The notes beneath the pieces are model-generated. The model did no database searches, had not been told where the DNA came from, and saw only the letters and a list, made by a program, of their open reading frames with translations. Both the position numbers and the translations under genes were made by a program. A DNA stretch of 64,000 nt from Phaeosaccion multiseriatum (taxonomy: Eukaryota > Protista > Ochrophyta, other classes): the NCBI GenBank assembly GCA_965112735.1, contig OZ218953.1, forward strand, positions 3,720,001 through 3,784,000, written 5' to 3'. This document shows positions 18,444-30,408 of this stretch, piece after piece. The stretch's first letter is position 1. Each line of letters opens with the position of its first letter.

Positions 18444-21400
18444 CTACTGCGTTGCTCTGGACCCTGCCGCCGCCTCCGCCGTAATTGTCCCGAGTGACCG
18501 GCTCCCCTTTCTGGTAAGACCCTGCTGTGTGACGAGGCCCTGCTGTTGGCCAGGCTTCGTCATGAGAGTTGGGCCGGCCTCTTGCAGAAGTTGTACTGCC
18601 GCCACACTGCCGTAACGACTGCTGCTGCTGCTGCTGCTGCCCCCTCCTGCCGCCGAGCGTCTCTGCTGGAAGGCGTCCAGGCACTCTTGCACCACGCCCC
18701 ACACGGCAGCGTTGGCCTCGTGACTCACGTCCACACAGAGCAGGTCCCGCTCCATAGCAGACGACGACCCCCTCCCCCCCCGGCCCTGCCGCCTCCCCTC
18801 CTCTGCTATCTGGGCTTGGCCTTGCTGCTGCTGCTGCCGCTGCCGCCACTCCTCCGCTGCTGTTCCACCCCCTACCCATTGCACAAACTCTTGCTGGGAG
18901 CGGCCCTGGTGCACGGGTGGCGAGCTCAGCTCCGCAGGGGCGTTGTGGAAGAGATAGAGCCAGACCGTCGAGGGGCGCAGGAAGCCCAGGCAGGGCTCCG
19001 TGAGGAAGGAGAAGGAGAGACGCTGCTCAACCGGCTGTAGCACCAACTGCTCCTTGTCCCCCCCCTGGTCGGGCCTGACGGAGGCCTGAAATACCATTTG
19101 GTTGAATGCTTTAAGCTCGGCCATTGCGGCCTCCGCCGACAAGTGCGCTCCGCGCTGCACCTCCGACAAGAAAGTCGTGAGCGGCACCGCTGTATCACCA
19201 CCTGCTGCGGCACTAGTAGTAGGCTCAGGCCTGTTGTCTATCGGAGCCCCTCGCATCAGGGGCGACACCAGCAACTCGAGCTCCGCCAAATCCAGCTTGA
19301 GTTTGAGTTTGCCACTGTCCATGCCCACCCCCCCGTCGCCCCCCCCCAGTGGCCTGAGCAGCGCGGCGTGCGAAAGAAAGGAGCGCAGAAGCCTTGTGGC
19401 GAGCCTCTGCAGACACACCGCCGCATAGGGGCTTCCTTTGGCCTCCAGTGCCCCGACGTGCTCCCTCACAAGGCCGGCCACGCCCGCCTGCAGCTCTTGG
19501 ATATACACCGACGCAGCCCCAGCCCCTGCCAACTGTGATGGGGACTGTGATGAGGGACCCCCTCCACTGCCATCCCCCCCACCGCCCCCCGAGAAGCTCT
19601 CCCTGTGCATGCGTGCCATGAGCGTCTCCAGGCTCTGCGCAGCCCCCGCGAGGTACGGGTCACAGATGGTGCGGATGGCCAACTCGTCAAGGGCAGACAC
19701 ACAGTCGCGCAGCAGCCGCTCGCAGGCCTGCATATCCTCAGAGCGGGCCGCACCACCACCAGTTGGTGGTACAGCAACAGAAGCAGTAGTAGGCTCTCCC
19801 GTGCCTCCTTTGCCCTTCCCCCCCGCGCCTCCTTTGCCCTGCAGGGTGTCGGGTAGGGTGAGCAATGCCTGCCGGAGTCTGTGCACAAGGCCCAGCAGCT
19901 GCAGATTGTGCTCCTGCTGCTCTGTCTTCTCCCAAGAGGAGGCCCCGCCTCCACCCCCACCGGCGTCTATAGCATCCCCTCCCAGGCCCTCCCCTGCCCC
20001 CCCTGCACCTCCTACCCCACCGGCCCCTTTGCCGCCGCTCTTGGTCTTCGCCCCTGAGGAGTCCGCCTTGATGGCCTCGGACTTTAGTTGGACGATGCCT
20101 CCAAAGCTGTACGCCTCCGGGGATGTGTTGACCATATCCTCTACCTTGGTGCAAAGCAAACGCACGGCACTTAACACGCCACGCATGAGCAGCGGCGCGA
20201 GAGAGAAGTCCACGTCTCCATCTCCGACAATGTCGCCACCAACAACACCGCCTCCTTCCCTCTTTATGCCCGACGAAACCGACGAAGACGAAGCCGTGAC
20301 CTGCCTCATCTCAGCGTGTATGGCCCTCACCAGTGACGCCAAGTCGTGTCGGGAGGGCACTGCCGCTGTGTATCCGTGCACATGAGGGAACATCTGCTCC
20401 ACAGGCAGGGTAAGGCGGGCCAGACTCGCTGCAAGGAAACGGTCCCGCAGAGGGGCCAGCGATTGTAAAAGAGGGTGACTGCTGCTGCTGCTACTACTAC
20501 TGCTGCTGCTGCTGCCCAACAGTGGCAGGAGGAGCTGTCGAGAGCGAAAGACAGACATGAGGGGCGGGCGGCAACAGAGCGATGGTCGGAGAGGATGCAA
20601 GCAGCATGGGATAACAGAGGGACGGGTGGAGTGGGGGAGTGAGAATACAGGAGAAGAGAAGAGGGGATCCAAACTTGGACTCCATTCTCTCCCAAAAGAA
20701 CGAAAGCACTCCGTCACGAAGATCGCACCCCCTCCCCATTCTCACACCACCACCCCCACCGCACAGCATCGGCCCCACCTGTCCGTCTCCCTCTCCTCCT
20801 GCTACTCCCCTGACGGCATCCTCCTGCGCCTCCTCCTCCTCCTTCTTCTTCTCCTCCTCCTCCTCCTCCTCCTCCTCCTCCTCCTCCTCCTCCTCCTCCT
20901 CCTCCCCCTCTTCATCATCATCCTCATCATCCTCCTCCTCATCGTCGTCGCCAAGCATGCCCAGCTTGACCAATGCTGACCCCCCCAAGATGCCCTTGCC
21001 GATCCTTCCTCCTGCGTGTCCATGCCCCCCTTCCGCTTCTCTGCCGCCGCCCCCCCGAGACGACACTCTACTGGCACCAGCGCCACTGCCATCCGCAGTT
21101 GTTCCGGCGAGTCCCCGTGGGTTGAAGGCGGGGTCACTCAGCCTCTGTAGCAGCCGTAGAAAGGTCCTTCTCAGGAACGGGTACAGCTCCACCACAGTGG
21201 CCAGGGCTTGCGCGTTTATCTGTGCTGCTTCCGCTCCTGCCGCCCCTGCTCCGCCGGCCTTGGTGGGTGTTATCACACCACCCCCACCACCACCCCCACG
21301 GGCCCCGGGAGTGGTCGGTAGCGAGAAAGTCGCTGAGGAGAAACCCTTGTCAGGTGTCCCTGGCCCTCCTGCTGCTCCTGGACTTACCCCTCCTCCTGTC

Positions 21401-23162
21401 CCCCGCCCGCGCTCCCCCCCCCCGCCTCCTCCTAAGCCACCTCCTCCTCCTCCTCCTCCGCCTCCTCCGCCACCTCCTCCTCCTGCCCCTCCGGCGGTGG
21501 AGGAGGGCGAGCTCAGAGAGAGCAGGCGCACTACATTGTCGGCGATTGCCCTGCTCAACATCTCCAGAAAGGCCGCCAGCACCCCCCGCTGCATGCGCGC
21601 ACTTCGGTTGGCGACGACGACTTGGAGATACACCGCGTGCGTCACCGCGTCGGCCTTCTTGGCAAGGATGCGGTGCAGGTGACATGCCTGGGGGGGTGGA
21701 GGATGGAGGCGGAAGAATGGATGGGGGGGGGGGGGCGAGTGGGTTTCTTGAGAGAAGGAACGGAGAGAGTGCATTGCTTTGCACGAGTGAAGAAGCACTA
21801 TACCGACGTCCACCCACCATACCCACACCCACCTTCCCACTCCCACACCGCTACACACCCACCCCCACACCCATGTGCACACGCACACGCACGCGCACAC
21901 ACACGCGCGCACACACACTCACGTACACACAGATACCCAACCCCACACACCCACGCACGCACACACGCACCTGCATGCAACAATCGAAGAACGCAGTGCC
22001 GATGCCGTCCGAGTGCTCCGCGAACTTCATCCTCTTGTGCCTCGCGATAAAGGCCTCTTGCTCCTTGAGGGAAGTGCCCGCTGATGGAGTGAGCTCCACC
22101 CTCCCAAGCTTGGCCAGGAGGGTAGGCTCGAGGCCGCGGCTCCAGGCGGCGTCTGCCTGGTCCTTGAGGCGGGATACAGAGCCGCGCACACGCTCGGGCA
22201 GGCAGTGCAGGTTATAGAACACCTGATGATGGTGATGAGAGAGGAGGGGAGGGGAGGGGAGGGGAGGGGAGGCCACCGCATGGGTCCGTATATAATGGTA
22301 TAGGGATAGGGTGATAGGGATGCAGGGATGGATATGTAGGTACGGGAATGTCGAGTTTGCTACTTCGAGTTTGAGGCGGATAGAGAGAGGCGAAAGACTT
22401 CCATGGCCATAGAGGCCTAGGCATAGCCCTCCAAAACACAAACACACAAGAACCTTCCTCTCCTCGCCATCTGCAAGGAGGAGCAGAGCACCAACAGCCC
22501 CACCTCGAGGGCCCCGGCCACGTCGTTCTGATCGAGCGTCTTGAGGCCTCTTGAGAGCACCTCCGCCGCTGTGCGCCGCATGGCCTGAGACACGCTCCCC
22601 ACGTAGGGCCTGGCGGACAGGGTAGAGGCACATGGGCAAGGCAACGTGTGGGCAAGGAGGGAGGAGGGAGGGAGGGAGGGAGGGAGGGAGGGGAGGAGGG
22701 AGGGAGGGAGGGAGGGAGGGAGGGAGGGGAGGAGGGAGGGAGGGAGGGAGGGAGGGAGGGACACAACGGGTGGACGTAAGGGTAGCGTATAGATTCAGGG
22801 TACGGCGGTGCGCAGCGGAGGAAAGCTTGAGGGAGAGAGGGGGGGAGGGAGGGAGAGGCGGTGCGGGCCATGTAGCGCTCACTGGCAAGGCTCACTGACC
22901 GGCTGTGCTGTCCTCTCCTACTGGACTGACTACCCTTACCTCTCCGCCTCCACCACCAAGATACCCTCGAGCTGCGGCTCTGCCAAGAGGCACTCAAGCT
23001 CAAAGAGGTTCTTGCCCGCAGCCGACAATTCGTGCAGGTCCACTGACAGGTGAGGGAGGGAGGTCAAAGGTGGAGGGGTGAGAGCACGGCAGGATGGCAG
23101 ATAGACCTCAGGCGGACAGGCTGGCAGAGAGACAGACAGACAGGCAGGCAGGCAGGCAGGCA

Positions 23163-23203
<41 letters not shown>

Positions 23204-23338
23204 ACAGGCAGACAGGCAGGCAGGCAGGCAGGCAGGCAGACAGGCAGGCAGACAGGCAGGCAGACAGGCAGACAGGCAGACAGGCAGACAGGCAGGCAGG
23301 CAGGCAGGCAGACAGGCAGACAGGCAGGCAGACAGGCA

Positions 23339-23375
<37 letters not shown>

Positions 23376-23406
23376 ACAGGCAGACAGGCAGGCAGACAGG
23401 CAGGCA

Positions 23407-23447
<41 letters not shown>

Positions 23448-23458
23448 ACAGGCAGGCA

Positions 23459-23491
<33 letters not shown>

Positions 23492-24086
23492 ACAGACAGG
23501 GGCACAGAGAGACAGAGACAAAAAAGGAGAGAGAGGAGAGGGTTTCTCTGTTTCGCGCTGGATTCGAGGCTGCAAGGGCCGAGTAACCTCCTCCGATGGC
23601 CGCGGCCTATCCGAATGCCTCTCTCTCTCTCCTCTCTCTCTCTCCCTCTGTCTACCTGAGGCGTGCAGACCCCCCTGGGACCCCCTCCGCGTCGGTGAGC
23701 TGAGTCTGCCACTGCCCCCGCCCCCGCCGGATAGCCCCCCCCCCTGGGGCAGCAGAGCGAGGGCGGCGTCGTGCTGGCGAAGGCGCCTCACTGCTGATAA
23801 CACGCGGAGCACGCACTTTGGGGGGGGGGGGGGGGGGGATGCACACATTCATGCATTCATTCCACAGGCACAGGATGGGGAGGTATTCGAAGGGAGGACG
23901 GGCATAGTAGAAGGGTGGAGGTCCATACTGGCGCCCCACTATTCCCATGAGTGAGCATGGCCAGTACAAGGCACCGGCACTGCGGTTAGGCAGGTAGGCG
24001 GACAGACAGCGCCTCTCTACTAAAAGCTTCCTCCGTGCCTGTGTTGTGCACACTGACCAAACCCAAATATGTTTCCCACGGAGACT

Positions 24087-24121
<35 letters not shown>

Positions 24122-25163
24122 TACAAACAAGCCGCGCCTCCCCCCCCCCCTAACCCACCTTGAGGGCATAGGCCGCCTCCAAGACGCGCTCGAGCTGCAG
24201 TGTGCGCACCCGGATGCTCTCGAAAGGCTCGAACACCTCCCTCTAAGAGGGGCAGGGCATAGGGCAAGGGCAGCGGGAGAGGGCAAGTGAGTTACAGGTC
24301 AGAGGTTGGGGGGGGGGCGATATGCTCGTTTACACTCTCTCGTTCACTTCCTTCCCTTGTGCCTGTCGACCCTCTGCTTGCACAAAGGAAAAAGCCAGTG
24401 GCTGCATTTGTCTCTTCGCGCTCTGTGTTTTGTCCTCCATGTGCTATGCTTTGTGCAGCGCAGCCGACGAGCTGCATTTGTCCTTTGTGCTTTATGCCTT
24501 ATGCAGCTCAGCTGGCGGACTGACCTTAATCTTGGCCAAGGCCCGCTTGAGGTCGCGCACACCCATGCGCAGTGTGTCGCATTTGCTGGCCAGCTCCGTC
24601 ACGCCGCTCACGCTGCCCAACAGGTCCGCCTCGTTCTCGCAGATGTGGTTCCGGATGGCGGTCTCAATGCGGGCGATGTGCGCGGACATGCTCTGTGGGG
24701 GGCAGGGGCAGAGGCATGGGGCAAGGGTAGGGCCAAGAAGGGAGGGAGTGAACGTTACCGCGCCTTGGGGCCGTCCGTGCCCATTTGTCGCAGCTTCGGG
24801 GAGGAGAGCCCAGCCACCACCCCAGCAGTAGCAGCAGGGGCAGCAGCAGGGGCAGCAACAGGAACAACAGAGGATGCTGCAGCACCGTAGCCCTACCTCG
24901 AGAGTCTCCTCTGCCTGACTCGACATTGTTCCATTTCCAGGACCAGCATTCCCACTGCTGCCGTTGTGAAGAACAGAAGAAGCTCCTGTAGCTGAGCCTC
25001 CAGCAGCAGAGTCTGCCGAGGGCGCGGGAGCCAGCAGAACCTTCTCTGTGTCCTGAGAGACAATCTTCCCCGCAAAGGAAGAGGGATCAAACTCCGCCTG
25101 CCCGAACTCGCGCGTGAGAGGGTCTACCTCAATGGCAGCCAGCAGGTCCCGAGCCTCCTGCAT
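18444..25163 (-). CDS. COG5: Conserved oligomeric Golgi complex subunit 5
   Basis: N-terminal EFDPSSFAGKIV; IETAIRNHICENEADLLGSVSGVTEL; FEPFESIRVRTLQLERV; ELSAAGKNLFELECLLAEPQLEGILVVE; LSRGLKTLDQNDVAGALEVFYNL; C-terminal ASVYIQEL, FLSHAALLRPL..SGKLKLKLDLAELELLV and APAELSSP. Confidence 0.9.
22655..22760 (+). repeat. (GGGA)n purine tract, read as a polypyrimidine tract in a COG5 intron
   Basis: Continuous gggagggaggga run. Confidence 0.9.
23125..23500 (+). repeat. Compound (GCAG/ACAG)n tetranucleotide microsatellite in a COG5 intron
   Basis: About 370 bp of caggcaggcagacagg. Confidence 0.95.
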
Positions 25164-25329
25164 CTCTCTCACAGGGCAGCTTCACCTCCACCCTCTCTCC
25201 TTGTGGGTGGGGATAGGCGTCCATCGTCCCTCCTCCCTCGGCACTCACCAACCTGTTGGAGAGAGAACCAACACGGGAAGATCATCGCTCATCCCACCCG
25301 ACAAAGCGTCCGAGCAGGGCTTGGCCACG

Positions 25330-28300
25330 ATGTTCGGCCGAAAAAAGGGGCCAAAGGTCAGTCTCAGCAGTGGCGGCGAGTATGGGCTTAACTGCGCTTG
25401 GAGCTTCGCACCTGCTCCTCCTGATCATTTCTCCATTCCACCTTCCCGCTCTCTCCCCTTCGGTAACCCTCCTCTCTTCACCCTTGATCTTCTACCCGAT
25501 CGCCTCTGACCCTCCACCGCATTCTCCTTCTTTCGTGCAACCCCTCCCCCTTCATTTCTTCTCTCCTGCCTTGCTCCTGCCATGCCTCCCTCCCTCCTTC
25601 CCTCCCTCCCTCCCTCCCTCTCTCCCTCTCTTTCCTTCCGTCCCTCCCTCCCTCACTCCCTCCCTCCCCCCCCCCTCTCTCTGTCTCCTTTCTTCCTCTC
25701 ACCAACAGGAGGATGCCCCTGCCCCTGCCCAGGCTGAACCTGTCCTGGGCAAGGTCAATACCAAGCCTATCAAAGAGCTTGGGGAGGAGGTCAACGTTTT
25801 AGATGAGGTATGATCCAAACACAACACAACTAGGACGCTACTAGAGATCTTCACTTCTCTCCAACACAAATACGACCCTGCCATAGATCCTCACTTCTTC
25901 TCTCCAGCCTCCACCCCGTCGCTGAATCCTTTCATCCCCCACCCCCGTCCTCCCCTGCTACCCCTGCCTGTGGCTCCGCCGCCGCCCCCCCCCCCTTCCC
26001 TCCCTTATCCTGCCCTGCCCTGCCCTGCCCTGCCCTGTGCCCCCGGGCGGTGTGGTCCATCCGCCCATCAGGTGCTGGAGACAGAGGTTCGGCCGTTCCT
26101 GGACCTCATCGACTCTCTGAGGGAGTTCGGCATTCAGGTAGACGCTCCTGCAGTGTAAGGCCTCTCACTCGTTCGGTCCTGCTTGCTCCCCCTCACACGG
26201 CCCTCCCACAACCCTTTCGACTGCCCTTACACTACCCTTCCGCTGCCCTGCGCTGTCCTTTGCGTCCTCCTCCATCTGTCTTGGCAGGATGAGGTGTCGC
26301 TGCCCCAGATCGCAGTAATGGGAGACCAGTCCTGCGGAAAGTCTTCGGTCTTGGAGGTGAGGGAGGGATGGCAGTAGATGGGGAGAGCTGCCGTGTCATA
26401 CCATCCCTTGCGGTGGGTTGGTCTCTCTCTCTCTCTCTCGCTCCGCCATGCTCCTCCTTCCATCACACGCTGGAGTGACCATCTTGACTGCCGCCCCTTC
26501 CCATGCCCAGTCTGCTCAGTTTCATTCCATTCCCGTCTCCTCAACCCGCCACCTCCCCCAACTTCACCCTGCGTCGCCATATACTGCCTTCCGACCACCA
26601 AACAGGCGCTGTCGGGTATTCAGTTCCCGCGGGGGAGCGGTCTCGTGACGAGGTGCCCTGTGCAGCTGGTGATGAAGAGGGGCAAGAAGGGCACACGTAA
26701 GTAACTCTTACGTAATATACATCAATGAGTGTAGCATATGTGGGAATGGAAGGCAGGAGGGCGCTGTGGCGCCGAGTTAGCTCACATCCACAGAGTGAGC
26801 GAGCTGTTCCGACGGACCACTCATTCATCCCTCCCCCCCTCTCTCCCTCTCACTCCCTTTCCCCCCTCCCTCGGGTAGCCTGGCAAGGGCGAGCGACGGT
26901 ATCGTGGGCAGGGAAGGAGCAACCGGGCGGCTCAGGGGTGAGTGAGTGAGTGTCCAGGGACATACGACCACCACAGCTGGCTAGAACTGAAACTGGAACC
27001 GAGAGAAGGGGTTACCGAGGGATAGGAGCATGTGCGTTTTGTATTCCCTCTGTCTCTCTAAGGCATGTACTCCTTTGCTTGCCCGAAACTAAAGCGAACA
27101 AAGCTTAAAAAGAAACGTAAAATATTTGCTTGTTGCCCCATACGTGGCATCCGCACAGGTGGTCTCCTCTCCGGACAAGATGCGCGCCGTGATCGAGGAG
27201 CTCATGAACGAGCTGTGCGCAGGGGCCGCCAACGGATTCAGCCACGATAGCATCTGCGTGCAGGTCACGAGTCCAGACTGCCCCGACCTTACTCTCATTG
27301 ACCTACCAGGTACACGCTGTCGGGTGGTGGAGGGGAGGCGAGGCGAGGGGAGGGGCTGATGGCATAAACCATATTGGTGTATCACCAACCGCTGCTGCTC
27401 CTGCTGCTGCTCCTGCTACTGCTGCTTTTCTATATTCTGCACCCCCCTCCAGGAATCGTGCGGACTGCCGTGAGCGGGCAGACCACGGGGGTTATGAGCG
27501 AGGTGAGTAGAGTGAGTCGAGAGGAAGGTGGCGTTGATGTTGGTGCTACGCGGCGAGATGACATCCGTCGCCAACAAGCCGTTCCCCATCTCCCTAACCA
27601 CCCCCCTCAAGCAGAGCTGTGGTAGCTCTCTCTCTCACACACACTGCGAGAGTGAATCATCCTAGCAGCGATCGTAGACGCGATGGCAAGCTTGTGAAAG
27701 CAAGGGAAGGCCTACCACCTGCTGCATCGGCACTCGTACACCCCTTTGGCCCTGACCCTCAGCCCAATTGTCCTCCCAACTGCCGTACGCCTCTATCCGC
27801 CCCTCTGTGCATTCTGCGTTCCCGTGTGCCTCTAACCACAACCAGGTTAATGGGCTGATCGAGGGCTTCCTTGAACGTGAGCGCACCATCGTGCTGGCCA
27901 TTGTGCCCGCCAATCAGGACGTTGCCACTGTTGACATACTCGAGAGGGCCAAGAGAGTGGACCCCGAGGGGGACAGGTACGCACATGGAGGGTGTATACA
28001 CGCTGGCCCATGTATGGCACGTGTGTGAGGGGGGGCTGTGGAGTGTGGGTGGATGGGTGGGTGGGTGTGTGGGTGTGGTGGGTGAATGGGTGTGGGTGTG
28101 GGTGGGTGTTTATGTGGGTGGGTGGGTGGGTGGGTGGGTGTTTATGTGGGTGGGTGGGTGGGTGGGTGGGTGGGTGGGTGTGTCCCGTCGTGTGGATAAT
28201 GTGCTGAAGTGATGCTCCAACGAAGTGCTCACCCCAAGCACACTTGAGTGATACATTCGCTGCGCAGACTCTGAAAGAACCTTCCATTCGTGTGTGTATG

Positions 28301-29936
28301 TGTTTACATGCGTATACATATATTACATGTATATATGTATGTGTGTGCGTGCGTCTGTATATGTGTTTGTGTGTGTGTATGTGTGTGCGTGCGTGGCGCA
28401 GGACCATCGGAGTGCTGACCAAGCCTGACTTGATCGGCCCCGGCAACGAGGAGGAGGTGCTGCAGACCCTCACCAACAAGTGAGTGCAGCGCGAGTCCCC
28501 CACACTCAGTACCTCACACTCAGTACCTCACACTCAGTACCTCACACTCAGTACCTCACACTCAGTACCTCACACTCAGTACCTCACACTCAGTACCTCA
28601 CACTCAGTACCTCACACTCAGTACCTCACACTCAGTACCTCACACTCAGTACCTCACACTCAGTACCTCACACTCAGTACCTCACACTCAGTACCTCACA
28701 CTCAGTACCTCACACTCAGTACCTCACACTCAGTACCTCACACTCAGTACCTCACACTCAGTACCTCACACTCAGTACCTCACACTCAGTACCTCACACT
28801 CAGTACCTCACACTCAGTACCTCACACTCAGTACCTCACACTCAGTACCTCACACTCAGTACCTCACACTCAGTACCTCACACTCAGTACCTCACACTCA
28901 GTACCTCACACTCAGTACCTCACACTCAGTACCTCACACTCAGTACCTCACACTCAGTACCTCACGGCCTCCTGAGTGACTCACACACAGCGTCTGGTCA
29001 CACGGGCGGTCCAAAGAGTGAGCTCCGTCGCCAGCCGACGCCCGTGGTGTGCTCTGCCTTTCTTTCTTCTTTCCTCCCTCCCTCCCTCCCTCCCTCCCTC
29101 CCTCCCTCCCTCCCCATCCCTTTGAGTGGTATGCTATGGGTAATGAGCATGCTAAACGGAAACTGAAACTCCCCCACCTTACCACCCCTACTTTGCAGGA
29201 GAAAGTACCTGAAGCTCGGCTACGTGATGGTGAAGAACCGCAACCAGCAGCAGCTCAGCAAGGGCATGTCCCTGGAGGAGGCCCACCAGGAAGAGGTATG
29301 CGCCAGTTGTGAATGAAGAGAGGGGCTCCCCTTATTAATGGTGGGGAGGGGGTTCCTTCCCAAGGAAGGGTGGCCTTGAGCGGTTGAGAAGCAACCCCGG
29401 GATGGAGGCTGGATGCTCCCTACTCCCCCCCCCTCCCTCCCTCTCACCCGGGGGCATTACAGAGAAGGCGTCGTCCTACTTTCTCACATGAATGACCACG
29501 TGGCTGTGTTGCCCCAAACCCCGTTGCATGTGAAATCGCGCACGCACGCGCACGCGCACACACGCGCACACACACGCACTCACACACACAAACACGCATA
29601 CGTATGCACACGCATACGCTTACGCACACACGCGCAGCTGTCCTTTTTCAAGAACCACGGCGTGTTTAGCGATGTGGACCCCTCGCTGCTGGGCATCAAG
29701 AGCCTGACAGACAGGCTTGTGGCGCTGCTGCTCACGCGCATTAAGACCGCGCTGCCCAATATGAAGTGGGAGATGCAGGAGAACCTCGCCTGTGAGTGGG
29801 AGTAGGGGGGGGGGTGCCAGCCACCTCAGCGCTTAAGAGAAGAGACGCTTATCGCTGTCAGTGTCCTTGTTGTTGCCTCTGCCGCTGACCGTGTGCTTCT
29901 CTGTTCGTCGTGACTCTCCTCTCTCTCCTCTCTCTC

Positions 29937-29967
<31 letters not shown>

Positions 29968-30340
29968 GGCGACAGATGTGGAGAAGGAGCTGCACCCTCT
30001 GGAGAGGAACTTGCCCCGCACACCCATTGACAGAATAAAGGTACGCACGCACGCACGCACGCACACACGCACACACGCAAGCTCGCATGCTCAAAAAGGC
30101 AAAGGACAACGGCAAAGACCCTTATGCTGTCAACTGCCTCCAGCTCTTTGAGGATACTGTATTGACATACTGTATTGACCATTCGAACCCCCCTGCCCTC
30201 CTCCTCCCCGTGCTTCAAACCCGACTGTGCCCCGACTGTGCCCCGACTGTGCCCCGACTGTGCCCCGACTGTGCCCCGACTGGGTTGCGACCGGGGATTG
30301 CCCGCACGCACACGTGGCGCCTTACGCGGCCCCTTTTGAC

Positions 30341-30408
<68 letters not shown>

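Noticed and set aside
16178-21682. Long antisense or alternate-frame ORFs (poly-L, poly-S, poly-P), also 54701-56029 and 50167-51192
   Set aside because: Shadows of GC-rich low-complexity exons on the other strand; no independent motifs.
22936-23954. Long ORFs of LPAC/RQAG repeats
   Set aside because: Translations of the intronic tetranucleotide microsatellite.
28500-28965. 14-bp array as a CRISPR, telomere or repeat-coded protein (ORFs of HSVPHTQYLTLSTS)
   Set aside because: No unique spacers and no cas genes; the unit is not a telomeric motif I recognise; it lies inside a GT-AG intron of the dynamin gene.
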